From: an uncultured Clostridia bacterium
Lineage (GTDB): Bacteria > Bacillota > Clostridia > UBA1381
NCBI GenBank assembly: GCA_947628155.1
Contig: CANQYQ010000001.1
Coordinates: forward strand, 1 to 59,954
Reading direction: 5' to 3'
DNA length: 59,954 bases
In this document: positions 1-9,899 of the stretch, one piece after another
Layout: each line of letters opens with the position of its first letter
Numbering within the stretch: the stretch's first letter is position 1
Position numbers and translations under genes: made by a program
The notes under the pieces: model-generated
Told to the model about the DNA's origin: nothing
The model's input: the letters and a program-made list of their open reading frames with translations, nothing else
Databases searched by the model: none

Positions 1-1254
1 GACGGGAATTTCTGTATGGACGGGCTCGTGTACCCGGACAGAACGCCGCATACGGGACTTTTGGAATACAAAAACGCAATCAGACCCGTTCGCGCGAGAT
101 TGGAAAACGGAAAAATCATATTTAAAAATATGATGGATTTCCTCTGTACCGACGACTTTGTTTACGCGAAATATACCGTTCTTCGCGACGGGGAGGCGGT
201 TGAGGCGGGCGGCCTCGATTTGCCGAGCGCCGCGCCGCATGAGGAATCGGAAATCAACCTCCCGTTTAATGATTTTTCAAACGGGGAATATTTTATAAAA
301 ATAGATTATCTGTGCAAAAAACAGGGAACGCGCGAAGCGGAGGCCGAGCATTTATTGGGTTTTGACGAGCTGTATCTGACGGGAGAATATAAGCTTCCCG
401 AACCGGCCCGCGAGGGACATATAAAGGTGTCGGAAACCGATACGAAAATCACCGTGAACGGTAATCATTTCTTCTATCGTTTTGACCGTCTGAGCGGCAA
501 TTTCGAGAAAATCAACGTATACGGCAATGACGTAATAAACCGCCCGATGGAATGGAACGTATTTCGCGCCCCGACCGACAACGACAGGTTCGTTCAGCCG
601 GATTGGAGAAGCTCTGGCTATGACCACGCGTATTCGGAGTGCCGGAAATCGAGCGTCGAATACGGCGATACGGTTATTATACGCGCGGATGTTTCGATCG
701 TGTCGGAGGGCAAGGCGCTGATCGTCAAAATCAACGCGGAGTGGGAGATATTCCCTGACGGCGCGGTCAAGCTGACATGCGAATGCGATAAAAATGAAAG
801 AATGCCGTTTCTGCCGCGCTTCGGCGTGAGAGCGTTTACGAATGTGAACGCGGTAACGTATTACGGCATGGGGCCGTATGAGAGCTACGAGGACAAGCAC
901 CTTAGCTCATACATCGGCAGATTCAGCTCGGATGTCGATTCGCTTCACGAGGACTACATAACGCCGCAGGAAAACGGCAGTCATTGCCTGTGCCGTTACG
1001 CGGAGTTTAACGCGGGAAATGTGAAGTGGACGGTGTACGGAAACGGATTTTCGTTTAACGCGTCGCGATACACACAGGAGGAATTGGATAAAAAGGCGCA
1101 CAATTTTGAGCTGAAGAAATCGGACGAAACTATAATCTGCGTCGATTACCGCATGGGCGGCATCGGCTCGAACAGCTGCGGACCGCTGCCGGCGGAAAAG
1201 TATCTGATAAACGACAAGCATTTTGAATATACGCAAATCTGGCGTTTTGAATAA
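1..1254 (+). CDS. beta-galactosidase (GH2 family), C-terminal portion; 5' end is outside the window
   Basis: Frame 1 is open from base 1. DGNFCMDGLVYPDRTPHTG resembles the LacZ 'FCMNGLV.ADRTPHP' segment. The ORF continues through a beta-galactosidase small-chain-type C-terminal domain to the stop at 1252-1254. Confidence 0.85.
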   Translation, partial: DGNFCMDGLVYPDRTPHTGLLEYKNAIRPVRARLENGKIIFKNMMDFLCTDDFVYAKYTVLRDGEAVEAGGLDLPSAAPHEESEINLPFNDFSNGEYFIKIDYLCKKQGTREAEAEHLLGFDELYLTGEYKLPEPAREGHIKVSETDTKITVNGNHFFYRFDRLSGNFEKINVYGNDVINRPMEWNVFRAPTDNDRFVQPDWRSSGYDHAYSECRKSSVEYGDTVIIRADVSIVSEGKALIVKINAEWEIFPDGAVKLTCECDKNERMPFLPRFGVRAFTNVNAVTYYGMGPYESYEDKHLSSYIGRFSSDVDSLHEDYITPQENGSHCLCRYAEFNAGNVKWTVYGNGFSFNASRYTQEELDKKAHNFELKKSDETIICVDYRMGGIGSNSCGPLPAEKYLINDKHFEYTQIWRFE

Positions 1255-1266
1255 TCGGAGGGAAAT

Positions 1267-1578
1267 ATGATAACAGGCAAGCAAAGAGCGTTTTTAAGAA
1301 AAATATCGCACGATTTAAGTCCGGTGTTCCAGATAGGCAAGGACGGCGTTACGGACGAGCTTTTGACGGGAATTTCGCAGGCGTTAAATAAGCGCGAGAT
1401 AGTTAAAATAAGTATACTCGAAACCGCGCTTTTGGATACGCGCGAGACGTGCGACGCCGTCGCGGCGAAGCTCGGCGCGGAGGCTGTGCAGGCGATAGGG
1501 AATAAATTTATAATCTACCGCCGCTCGGACGAGGAAAAATACCGCAAAATAGACCTGAAGAAGCTGACGGTTTTATGA
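1267..1578 (+). CDS. yhbY: YhbY/CRS1-type RNA-binding ribosome-assembly protein
   Basis: 103-aa ORF. MITGKQRAFLRK...PVFQIGKDGVTDELL...AL.KREIVKI is the typical YhbY signature. It is the first gene of the conserved yhbY-nadD-yqeK-rsfS cluster, and its stop overlaps the nadD ATG (ATGA). Confidence 0.85.
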   Translation: MITGKQRAFLRKISHDLSPVFQIGKDGVTDELLTGISQALNKREIVKISILETALLDTRETCDAVAAKLGAEAVQAIGNKFIIYRRSDEEKYRKIDLKKLTVL

Positions 1579-2189
1579 GAAAGATCGGATTGATGGGCGG
1601 TACGTTCGACCCGATACACATAGCGCATGTGGAAATCGCGAAATACGCGCGCGGACAGTATGGTTTAGACGAGGTAATATTTATGACGAGCGGCAGTCCG
1701 CCGCATAAAAAGGGCAAAAATGTGACGGACGCGGAAATACGGCTTGAAATGACGCGGCTCGCGATCGACGGCATAAGCGGATTTACCGCGTCGGATTACG
1801 AGGTCAACAAATCGGAGTATTCCTATTCGGTAAACACGTTAAAATGGCTGCGTGAGCAATATCCGGATGCGGAAATATATTTCCTTATCGGTGAGGATTC
1901 TCTTGATTATATCGACAAATGGTATTGCCCAAAGGAAATACTTGAATTATGCGTCGTATTGGTATATCCGCGCAAGAGCATGGACAGCCTAAGGCGTACG
2001 CTAAGCGAGAAGCAATCGCTTTTGGGCGGCGATATACGGATAATCGACGCGCCGGTGTATGACATATCGTCGACCTTGATACGCGAAAGGATAGCGGCGG
2101 GCGATGATGTGTCGGATATGCTTGATAAGCGGGTATACGAATATATTAAAGACAACGATCTCTACAGGGGTGAAGCGAATGAAGGATAA
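1575..2189 (+). CDS. nadD: nicotinate-nucleotide adenylyltransferase
   Basis: N-terminus GLMGGTFDPIHIAH (nucleotidyltransferase (H/T)xGH motif). 204 aa, in the conserved context. Confidence 0.9.
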   Translation: MRKIGLMGGTFDPIHIAHVEIAKYARGQYGLDEVIFMTSGSPPHKKGKNVTDAEIRLEMTRLAIDGISGFTASDYEVNKSEYSYSVNTLKWLREQYPDAEIYFLIGEDSLDYIDKWYCPKEILELCVVLVYPRKSMDSLRRTLSEKQSLLGGDIRIIDAPVYDISSTLIRERIAAGDDVSDMLDKRVYEYIKDNDLYRGEANEG

Positions 2190-2721
2190 ACTGAAAAAAG
2201 CGTTGAAGCCGAAGCGTTATCAGCATAGTCTGGGCGTGGCGAAAACAGCGCGGATATTGGCGCAAAAATACGGCGCGAACGTTGAAAAGGCATACATAGC
2301 CGGGCTTTTGCACGACTGTGCGAAGCTGCCGGATATAAAGGAGCAGATGAAGCTCGCGAAAAAATACGGCATGGAGTTTGACGAGGTAACGTTAAAATGC
2401 CCCGCTGTAATACACGCGCCGTTGGGCGCGCGCCACGCGAAGGAGGAATACGGGATCACCGATAAGGAGATCCTCGACGCGATCGAATACCACACCGTAG
2501 GCCGCGCAAACATGACGCTGATGGATAAAATAATATACGTCGCGGACATGATAGAACCGACCCGGGATTTCGACGGGGTAGAGAAGCTGCGGAAAATGGC
2601 GGATAAAAGTCTTGATAAGGTGCTTAAAGCCTGTTTAAAGCAGAGCATAATACATAACATTAAAAAGGATAGCGTGGTTCATCCGAACACGCTTGAAGCA
2701 TGGAATTATATAATGCGATAA
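2179..2721 (+). CDS. yqeK: HD-domain phosphohydrolase YqeK (bis(5'-nucleosyl)-tetraphosphatase family)
   Basis: YQHSLGVAKTA...AGLLHDCAK carries the HD-domain His/Asp residues. The start was moved to the in-frame ATG at 2179 (MKDKLKK), which overlaps the nadD stop. The longer ORF from 2104 lies inside nadD. Confidence 0.8.
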   Translation: MKDKLKKALKPKRYQHSLGVAKTARILAQKYGANVEKAYIAGLLHDCAKLPDIKEQMKLAKKYGMEFDEVTLKCPAVIHAPLGARHAKEEYGITDKEILDAIEYHTVGRANMTLMDKIIYVADMIEPTRDFDGVEKLRKMADKSLDKVLKACLKQSIIHNIKKDSVVHPNTLEAWNYIMR

Positions 2722-2733
2722 AGGAGGGTAATA

Positions 2734-3078
2734 ATGGAAAACGAAAGAGTTAAGATAATCACGGCGGCGCTCGAAAATAAAAAGGCGTCGGATATCGAGG
2801 TATTAGACGTATCGAAGCAGACGTCCCTGGGCGATTATTTTATAATCGCATCGTGTCAGTCGGCCATTCAGGTACGCGCCTGTGTTGACGAGATAGAGGA
2901 AAAGATGCTTGAGGCGGGATACCCGGCCAAGCATAAGGAGGGCTATCAGAGCGGCTCGTGGATATTGATCGACTACGGCGATATAATCGTACACGTAATG
3001 CAGCAGGAGGCGCGCGATTTCTATTCGATCGAACGTCTTTGGCAGGAAGCGGGCACGGTAAGAAACGGAGAAGAATAA
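2734..3078 (+). CDS. rsfS: ribosome silencing factor RsfS (iojap family)
   Basis: 114 aa. ...DIEVLDVSKQTSLGDYFIIASCQS...WILIDYGDIIVHVM...R.FY.IE.LW is a typical RsfS pattern. It sits directly upstream of leuS. Confidence 0.9.
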   Translation: MENERVKIITAALENKKASDIEVLDVSKQTSLGDYFIIASCQSAIQVRACVDEIEEKMLEAGYPAKHKEGYQSGSWILIDYGDIIVHVMQQEARDFYSIERLWQEAGTVRNGEE

Positions 3079-3098
3079 TTTTGTGAGGAGATAATACA

Positions 3099-5510
3099 AT
3101 GGACAGCTACAACTTTAAAAGCATCGAGAAAAAATGGCAGGACAAATGGGAGGACGCGGGCATTTTCCACGCGGTGAACGGCTCGGAGAAGCCTAAATTC
3201 TACACGCTTATCGAATTCCCGTACCCGTCGGGCGCGGGATTGCATGTAGGGCACCCGAGAAGCTATACCGCGCTTGACATAATCGCGAGAAAACGCCGTA
3301 TGGAGGGTTATAACGTGCTTTATCCCATCGGCTGGGACGCGTTCGGACTGCCTACGGAAAATTACGCGATAAAGAATAACGTTCACCCGCGTATCGTCAC
3401 GGCGGACAATATCGCCAACTTTACGCGTCAGCTTAAAATGCTCGGATTTTCGTTCGATTGGTCGCGCGAGGTAAACACCACCGACCCGAAATATTATAAA
3501 TGGACGCAGTGGATATTTTTACAGCTGTTTAAAAAAGGCCTTGCCTATAAGCAGGAAATGCCCATCAACTGGTGCACCGGCTGCAAGGTTGGTCTCAGTA
3601 ACGAGGAGGTCGTAAACGGCGTATGCGAGCGCTGCGGCAGCGAGGTCGTACAGAGAAGAAAGAGCCAGTGGATGCTCAAAATCACTGAATACGCGCAGAG
3701 ACTTATAGACGATCTTGACGAGGTAAATTACCTCGAAAAGATAAAGACGCAGCAGAAGAACTGGATAGGCCGCAGCGAGGGCGCGGAGGTAAAATTCACG
3801 CTGTCCACGGGCGACGAAATGGTAGTCTACACCACCCGCGCTGACACGCTTTTCGGCGCGACATACACCGTTATGTCACCCGAGCATCCGCTTATTGAAA
3901 AGATGAAGGATTCAATCACGAATTACGGCGAGGTCGAGGCGTATCAGAAGGCGGCGGCGAAAAAGAGCGAGTTTGAGAGAACGGAGCTTGCCAAGGATAA
4001 GACGGGCGTAAAGCTTGAGGGCATTTACGCGGTGAATCCCGCGAACGGCGAGCATCTTCCCGTATTCATTTCCGACTACGTGCTCGTGACCTACGGCACG
4101 GGTGCGATCATGGCCGTTCCCGCGCACGACAGCCGCGACTGGGATTTCGCCAAAAAGTTTGATCTCCCGATTATCGAAGTCGTAGCGGGCGGCGAGGACG
4201 TGCAGAAGGAAGCGTACACGGATGTGTACAAGGGCAAAATGGTAAACTCGGGATTCCTCACAGGTATGACCGTCAAGGAGGCCATTCCCGCCATGATAGA
4301 CTGGCTTGAAAAGGAGGGCCTCGGCAAGCGCAAGGTCAACTTCAAGCTTCGCGACTGGGTATTCTCGCGTCAGCGTTATTGGGGCGAGCCGATTCCACTC
4401 GTGCACTGCGACAAGTGCGGCTGGGTCGCGATACCCGAAAGCGAGCTGCCGCTCACGCTGCCCGAGGTCGAGCATTTCGAGCCGGGAGAAAACGGCGAAT
4501 CACCGCTTGCCAAGGCGACGGATTGGATAAAGACGACATGCCCCGAATGCGGCGGCGAAGCTCAAAGGGAAACCGACACGATGCCGCAGTGGGCGGGGTC
4601 GAGCTGGTACTTCCTCAGATATATGGACCCGCACAACGACGAGGCGCTCGCGTCAAAGGAGGCGCTCGATTACTGGTCGCCGGTCGACTGGTACAACGGC
4701 GGCATGGAGCACACGACGCTGCATCTGCTCTATTCGCGGTTCTGGCACAAATTTCTTTTCGATATCGGCGTAGTGCCGACAAAGGAGCCGTATATGAAGC
4801 GCACGTCGCACGGAATGATATTGGGCGAAAACAATGAAAAAATGTCCAAATCACGCGGCAACGTAGTAAATCCGGACGAGGTCGTAAACGAGTTCGGCGC
4901 GGACGCGTTCAGAACGTACGAGATGTTCATCGGCGCGTTCGATCAGTCAACGCCGTGGTCGCAGCAGGGATTAAAGGGTTGCTATAAATTCCTCGAACGC
5001 GTATGGAATTTGCAGTCAATCGTAAATGACGAAGCGGGTTACAGCGCCGATATGGAAAAGGCGATGCATAAGACGATAAAAAAGGTCGGCGAGGACTTCG
5101 AGCGCATGAAGTTCAATACCGCTATAGCGGCGATGATGGCGCTTGTTAACGATTTCACAAAGAAGGGTTCCGTCACAAAGGGCGAGTACATGACGTTCAT
5201 AACGCTTCTTAATCCCGTCGCGCCGCACATGACGGAGGAGCTGTGGCAAACATACGGCGGCGAGGGATTTTTGTCGATACAGCCGTGGCCTAAGTATGAC
5301 GAGGAAAAGACGGTTGACGACGAGGTGGAGATCGTCGTGCAGATAAACGGCAAGATCCGCGATAAGCTGACAGTTCCCGCCGATATAGACAAGACGGGTT
5401 TAGAGGAGCTCGCGCTTGCGAACGATAAGATAAAGGCGGCCGCAGAGGGCAAAACGATCGTGAAGGTAATAGCGATCCCCGGCCGGCTTGTAAACGTGGT
5501 AGTGAAATAA
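3099..5510 (+). CDS. leuS: leucine--tRNA ligase
   Basis: 803 aa with the class I HIGH motif ([13 protein letters not shown]), the KMSKS motif (EKMSKSRGN), a Zn-type CxxC..CxxC insertion and an editing domain. Confidence 0.97.
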   Translation: MDSYNFKSIEKKWQDKWEDAGIFHAVNGSEKPKFYTLIEFPYPSGAGLHVGHPRSYTALDIIARKRRMEGYNVLYPIGWDAFGLPTENYAIKNNVHPRIVTADNIANFTRQLKMLGFSFDWSREVNTTDPKYYKWTQWIFLQLFKKGLAYKQEMPINWCTGCKVGLSNEEVVNGVCERCGSEVVQRRKSQWMLKITEYAQRLIDDLDEVNYLEKIKTQQKNWIGRSEGAEVKFTLSTGDEMVVYTTRADTLFGATYTVMSPEHPLIEKMKDSITNYGEVEAYQKAAAKKSEFERTELAKDKTGVKLEGIYAVNPANGEHLPVFISDYVLVTYGTGAIMAVPAHDSRDWDFAKKFDLPIIEVVAGGEDVQKEAYTDVYKGKMVNSGFLTGMTVKEAIPAMIDWLEKEGLGKRKVNFKLRDWVFSRQRYWGEPIPLVHCDKCGWVAIPESELPLTLPEVEHFEPGENGESPLAKATDWIKTTCPECGGEAQRETDTMPQWAGSSWYFLRYMDPHNDEALASKEALDYWSPVDWYNGGMEHTTLHLLYSRFWHKFLFDIGVVPTKEPYMKRTSHGMILGENNEKMSKSRGNVVNPDEVVNEFGADAFRTYEMFIGAFDQSTPWSQQGLKGCYKFLERVWNLQSIVNDEAGYSADMEKAMHKTIKKVGEDFERMKFNTAIAAMMALVNDFTKKGSVTKGEYMTFITLLNPVAPHMTEELWQTYGGEGFLSIQPWPKYDEEKTVDDEVEIVVQINGKIRDKLTVPADIDKTGLEELALANDKIKAAAEGKTIVKVIAIPGRLVNVVVK

Positions 5511-5541
5511 GAATGAACGGTACGGACGCCGGCGCGTCCGA

Positions 5542-5610
5542 AAAAAACAGTAACATTTGATTTTTGGGAAACGGCGTGATGTTTGCCCGAAAACAATGTT
5601 ACTGTTTTGT
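5542..5610. terminator. putative bidirectional stem-loop between convergent leuS and the lonB-like gene
   Basis: AAAAAACAGTAACATT (5542-5557) pairs with AATGTTACTGTTTTGTT (about 5594-5610) across a long loop. A/T runs flank both sides. Confidence 0.4.
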
Positions 5611-5623
5611 TAAGAATGATTTT

Positions 5624-6556
5624 TTATTCCGGCTTCGCGACCGTGATATTTATTACGCTTTCATCGCGGTACGCGTCCGAACGCCGCGTAAAATGTCCGG
5701 CCTTTACGGCCCAGCGCGCATTTTTCAGCGTTACCGATGTCTGCCCGTCCATATCCGCGATATTGGCAAGCGTTTGTATCAGCTTAACCGCGTCACGCCC
5801 GTTCGCGGCATAGAGCGATATATAATCGCAAACACCGGAATCAAATATTTTATCCGTTTTCTTCGCCGCGCCCTCGACGATTTTTTTTATGTCGCAAAGC
5901 GTAAGCGGATTGAAAAATACCTCCGCGCAGCGTGAGCGGATCGCGGGCGCTATTTCATCCGGACGGCGCGTTGTCGCGCCGATAAGCCGGAAATCGGCGG
6001 GTATGCCGTTTTGGAAAATATCGTGGATGTAGAGCGGGATCTTTTTGTCGGAGGCTCTGTAATATGAGCTTTCAAGCATTACCCTTCTGTCCTCTAAAAC
6101 CTTCAGCAGCTTATTCATCTGTACCGGATGAAGCTCGCCTATTTCATCAAGGAAAAGTACACCTCCGTGCGCCTTTGATACCGCGCCCTCTCTGGGTTCA
6201 GGTATGCCCTTGACGCCAAGACAGCCCGCGCCCTGATAAATGGGGTCGTGCACCGAACCGATAAGCGGGTCGGCGATCGACCGCTCGTCAAACCGCATAA
6301 TTGTCGCGTCCGCTTCGATAAACGGCGCGTCGGGCATGAACGGCGTACCGACGCTTTGCTTCGCGGCCTCCATTGCCAGACGCGCCGCGGCGGTCTTTCC
6401 CACTCCCGGCGGCCCGTATATTATAACGTGCTGCGGATTTTTTCCGCACAGCGCGGCGCACAGCGCGCGTATGCCGTCGGCTTGCCCTACAATCTCCGAA
6501 AAGCTCTTCGGCCGCGCATCCTCCGTAAGCGGTTCGGTCAAATGAACGCGCCGCAT
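5624..6556 (-). CDS. LonB-like AAA+ ATPase, apparently degenerate (no S16 protease domain; N-terminal TM segment cut off by an in-frame TAA)
   Basis: SFSEIVGQADGIRALCAALCGKNPQHVIIYGPPGVGKTAAARL is the LonB-type Walker A region, and Walker B is VLFLDEIGEL. The ORF ends where the Lon protease domain would begin. See the finding covering 5624-6697. Confidence 0.7.
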   Translation of the reverse strand: MRRVHLTEPLTEDARPKSFSEIVGQADGIRALCAALCGKNPQHVIIYGPPGVGKTAAARLAMEAAKQSVGTPFMPDAPFIEADATIMRFDERSIADPLIGSVHDPIYQGAGCLGVKGIPEPREGAVSKAHGGVLFLDEIGELHPVQMNKLLKVLEDRRVMLESSYYRASDKKIPLYIHDIFQNGIPADFRLIGATTRRPDEIAPAIRSRCAEVFFNPLTLCDIKKIVEGAAKKTDKIFDSGVCDYISLYAANGRDAVKLIQTLANIADMDGQTSVTLKNARWAVKAGHFTRRSDAYRDESVINITVAKPE

Positions 6557-6755
6557 TCTGTTCAGCCGCTCCGCCTCCCTTTTTTGCTGCTCGTCATCCT
6601 TCTCCGAGACAGTGCGCTCGGATATAATGCGTTAAAAGAAATATATTCCCACAATCAGCGTCACCGCCAATTGTATAAAAGCGGTAATAGTGTCCATGTT
6701 ATGTCCCTCCGATTGTATTTTTAGCACCTTCGCGCGGATTATTCAGAAAAATGTC

Positions 6756-6784
6756 TTGACAAACATATGTTCGCGTGGTATAAT
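6756..6784 (+). promoter_or_regulatory. sigma-A type promoter with an embedded LexA (Cheo) box
   Basis: TTGACA (6756-6761), a 17-nt spacer, then TGgTATAAT (6776-6784). CAAACATATGTTCG (6760-6773) matches the Firmicute LexA consensus CGAACATATGTTCG at 13 of 14 positions. Confidence 0.6.
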
Positions 6785-6807
6785 ATGGGCATTAAGGCGG
6801 TGATAAA

Positions 6808-8088
6808 ATGGAAATACGTGAAAAGCTTAAAATACTTACGGACGCGGCAAAATACGACGCGTCGTGCTGTTCGTCCGGCTCGGCCCGAAAAAACATACCC
6901 GGCGGGATCGGCGACGCTGCGGCGTGCGGTATATGCCATACGTTTACCGCAGACGGGCGATGCGTATCCCTGCTTAAAATTCTGCTTACGAATTACTGTG
7001 TATATGACTGTCAGTACTGTGTGAACCGGTCTTCAAACGATGTGAAGCGCGCCGCGTTTACGCCGCGCGAGGCCGCGGAGCTGACGATTGAGTTTTACCG
7101 CAGAAACTATATTGAGGGCCTGTTTTTAAGCAGCGCGGTAGTGAAAAATCCCGATTATACAATGGAGCTGTTGATCAACGCGCTGTCGATTCTCCGTAAC
7201 GAATACCGCTTTAACGGATATATTCATGCCAAATCAATTCCCGGCGCGTCGGACGAGCTGGTGACGCGGCTGGGACTTTTGGCCGACCGAATGAGCGTCA
7301 ATATTGAGCTCCCGTCGGAAAAATCGCTTAATGAGTTCGCGCCGCAGAAAACGAAAAAGAATATACTGACCCCAATGCGGCAGATCAAGAATACCATTAC
7401 GCAGTCAAAGAAGGAGCTTGCCGTGTATGAGCACGCGCCGGTGTTTGCTCCGGCCGGTCAGAGTACGCAGATGATAATCGGCGCGACTCCGGAAACGGAT
7501 ATGAATATACTGCTGCTGACGGAGGGACTGTATAAAAATTACAGCTTGAAGCGTGTATTTTATTCATCGTATATCCCGATAGGTACAAATAAGCGGCTGC
7601 CCGCCGCCGCGCCGCCGCTGCTGAGAGAGCACAGGCTTTATCAGGCGGACTGGCTGCTAAGGTATTACGGTTTTGAGGCGAGAGAGCTTTTAGACGAGGC
7701 GCGCCCGAATTTTTCAAATATAATCGACCCGAAATGCGAATGGGCGCTCAGGCATCTTGAGCAATTCCCGATCGAGATAAACAGCGCGCCGTACGAAATG
7801 ATTTTGCGCGTGCCGGGAATAGGTGTGCGCTCGGCGAAAAAAATCGTACGCGCACGCCGCGTATCGCGGCTGAGCTTTGAGGATTTAAAGCGGATGCGCA
7901 TTTCGATGAAGCGCGCGAAATATTTTGTGACCTGCTCCGGCAGAACATACGGGAATATGTGGCTGCGCCAGGAAATCATAACGCCGATGACGCTCGCCGA
8001 TGCGGGCGCGGAGGGTTTCGGACAGCTGAGCTTGTTTGACGAGCCGACGAAAGGGGATGTGGTAAAATGCCTTACCGGAGAGATATAA
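6808..8088 (+). CDS. putative DNA modification/repair radical SAM protein (TIGR03916-like) with a C-terminal helix-hairpin-helix
   Basis: CVYDCQYC is a CxxxCxxC radical-SAM cluster motif. N-terminus ...LTDAAKYDASC. The C-terminal PGIGVRSAKKIVRARR is HhH-like. It is paired with a DUF4130-type gene, as expected for this family. Confidence 0.85.
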   Translation: MEIREKLKILTDAAKYDASCCSSGSARKNIPGGIGDAAACGICHTFTADGRCVSLLKILLTNYCVYDCQYCVNRSSNDVKRAAFTPREAAELTIEFYRRNYIEGLFLSSAVVKNPDYTMELLINALSILRNEYRFNGYIHAKSIPGASDELVTRLGLLADRMSVNIELPSEKSLNEFAPQKTKKNILTPMRQIKNTITQSKKELAVYEHAPVFAPAGQSTQMIIGATPETDMNILLLTEGLYKNYSLKRVFYSSYIPIGTNKRLPAAAPPLLREHRLYQADWLLRYYGFEARELLDEARPNFSNIIDPKCEWALRHLEQFPIEINSAPYEMILRVPGIGVRSAKKIVRARRVSRLSFEDLKRMRISMKRAKYFVTCSGRTYGNMWLRQEIITPMTLADAGAEGFGQLSLFDEPTKGDVVKCLTGEI

Positions 8089-8831
8089 TTTATCTTTACG
8101 ACGGTACGTTCGACGGACTGATGACGGCGGTATTCGCGTCGTTTGAGCATCATGAGATCCCGCTCGGTATTGAGATTGACGGCGAAATACAGCAGACGAT
8201 CGGCGCGGATTATTTCTATGCCGGAACCGACACCGAAAAATCGCGGCGCGTACAATCCGCGATTAGCGGGAAAATTTCCGCGTACGCTATGAAAAGCATA
8301 TATTTCACGTTCCTGTCGGATACGGCGGAAAAAGAAATGAAAATTCTCGCGTACATCTACCGCTGCTTTAAATATGGGAAAGGGGTAAATTCCCACTTGA
8401 ACGATAAATATGTCGCGGCGGTTCTGGACGCGGCGCGGTCTGTAGTGAACGAGGCGCATAAATTGAAGGGGTTTATTCGGTTCGCCGAGCTTGAGGGCGG
8501 GATTTTATACGGCGAGATATCGCCGCGCAGCCACGCTCTCCCATGCCTTGCTTCTCATTTTACAAGCCGATATCCCGGCCGGCCGTTTGTGATAAACGAC
8601 TTGACGCATGGGGAATGTCTGGTGTATAACGGGCACGAATGCGGCATCCGCGAAGCCGGCCGCGTGCCGTCGCTTAAATTCACGGAAAGCGAGATGGAAT
8701 ACAGGCGGCTGTGGAAGGAATTTTACGATACGGTTGAAATTAAGGAGCGGCATAACGAGAAATGCCGCATGACAAATATGCCTAAGCGCTATTGGAAGCA
8801 CCTTACGGAAATGGACGCGCGGCAAAAATAG
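8067..8831 (+). CDS. probable DNA metabolism protein (TIGR03915/DUF4130-like), partner of the radical SAM gene
   Basis: 254 aa. IYLYDGTFDGLMTAVF... is the typical N-terminus of this family. It overlaps the upstream radical SAM gene by 22 nt. No fused uracil-DNA-glycosylase-like domain is visible. Confidence 0.8.
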   Translation: MPYRRDIIYLYDGTFDGLMTAVFASFEHHEIPLGIEIDGEIQQTIGADYFYAGTDTEKSRRVQSAISGKISAYAMKSIYFTFLSDTAEKEMKILAYIYRCFKYGKGVNSHLNDKYVAAVLDAARSVVNEAHKLKGFIRFAELEGGILYGEISPRSHALPCLASHFTSRYPGRPFVINDLTHGECLVYNGHECGIREAGRVPSLKFTESEMEYRRLWKEFYDTVEIKERHNEKCRMTNMPKRYWKHLTEMDARQK

Positions 8832-8944
8832 GCGAATGATATGCCGGACTGTGCGCCGCGCGGTATATATGCGCGTTTGACTGTGCGCCGCGCGGTGTAT
8901 TACATACGCGGCTATATAACGGCGAGCCGGTTCCTTTTCAAGGT

Positions 8945-9769
8945 CTAAATTTCCTTCAGTACGGATCTCCTGTACGATGTGGGCGATTCCCCGAAAAAGG
9001 CGCGGAAGCAGCGGCTGAAATACAGCGCGTCGCCAAAGCCTACCTCGGCGGCGACCTCCGATACGGACATGAACGTGGTGCGCAGCAGCATGCCGGCATT
9101 ATTCATGCGCGCCCGTGTATGGTATTCCTGCATAGTCATGTTCTTTTCACGCTTAAATACCGCCGCCATATACTTATAGCTGAAGTGAAATTCGCGCTCC
9201 AGCTCCGCCGCCGAAAACGGCTTGCCGCAGCGCGATGATAAATACGCGCAGATTTTATCGGATAAAAGGTTTTTATCGGAGTTGTTATAAATCGCGATTT
9301 GCGTAAGCAGCTCAAATAATCTTATGTTTATATTCCAGAGCTTCATCGGATCGTCAGAGTAAAAATAATCCGTATATTCCTCTATCATGCTTTCAATACG
9401 GCTGTTTTTAAGTCCGGAAAGCTGTTTGGGCATCACCGCGTTTTTTTCAAACGCGGACGCGGCGCAGCTTTTGTTCATGCATTCGGGTTTTAGCACACTG
9501 TCACAAAAATGGATATAATACCAGCGAACGCCTTTGCTTATTTCGCGGCGACCGTAATGGCGAACCCCGCTTTTTAAAAACAACAGCTCTCCCGCCTCGA
9601 CAGCGTAATCCGTTTCGTCCTCCGTGATATAAATAGTACCGTCCGTGACATATATCAAAACATTAAAACCGGCGGTTCTGTCCATATGATAAAACGGTTC
9701 GGCGGCCGCAAGCAGTCCGCATTCCGAAAGCACGGGCGGACAGGTATTGGATAAAACGATTTCATTCAT
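8945..9769 (-). CDS. AraC-family transcriptional regulator (cupin sensor plus HTH)
   Basis: N-terminal cupin-like region (VEAGELLFLKSGVRHYG) and a C-terminal AraC HTH (...VSEVAAEVGFGDALYFSRCFRAFFGESPTSYR). It is divergent from the large glycosidase gene. Confidence 0.85.
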   Translation of the reverse strand: MNEIVLSNTCPPVLSECGLLAAAEPFYHMDRTAGFNVLIYVTDGTIYITEDETDYAVEAGELLFLKSGVRHYGRREISKGVRWYYIHFCDSVLKPECMNKSCAASAFEKNAVMPKQLSGLKNSRIESMIEEYTDYFYSDDPMKLWNINIRLFELLTQIAIYNNSDKNLLSDKICAYLSSRCGKPFSAAELEREFHFSYKYMAAVFKREKNMTMQEYHTRARMNNAGMLLRTTFMSVSEVAAEVGFGDALYFSRCFRAFFGESPTSYRRSVLKEI

Positions 9770-9899
9770 GACAATTCTCCATATTTAAGTGATTATTTTC
9801 TATTGTTATGGACTTATGAGAAGATTATAATACATATATAGGCAAATGTCAACATGGCTTGGGACAAATCGGCGAAATGGGTTTGGAAGGAGTGGAAAA

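Noticed and set aside
7665-8459. Long antisense ORFs inside confidently assigned genes. Examples: 352-900(-), 7665-8459(-), 10472-10975(-), 13314-13952(-), 18221-18844(-), 44089-44742(-), 46536-47222(-), 51557-52648(-), 54534-55361(-).
   Set aside because: They overlap, on the opposite strand, genes with clear family signatures. Their translations are low-complexity (Arg/Ala/Ser-rich) and lack RBSs. Such ORFs are the expected shadows in GC-rich coding DNA.
8847-8896. An 18-bp direct repeat, GACTGTGCGCCGCGCGGT, occurs twice with a 32-bp period, between the convergent DUF4130 and araC-type genes.
   Set aside because: It is short and present in only two copies. It probably forms alternative GC-rich hairpins that serve as terminators for the convergent genes. 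There is no further evidence of function.
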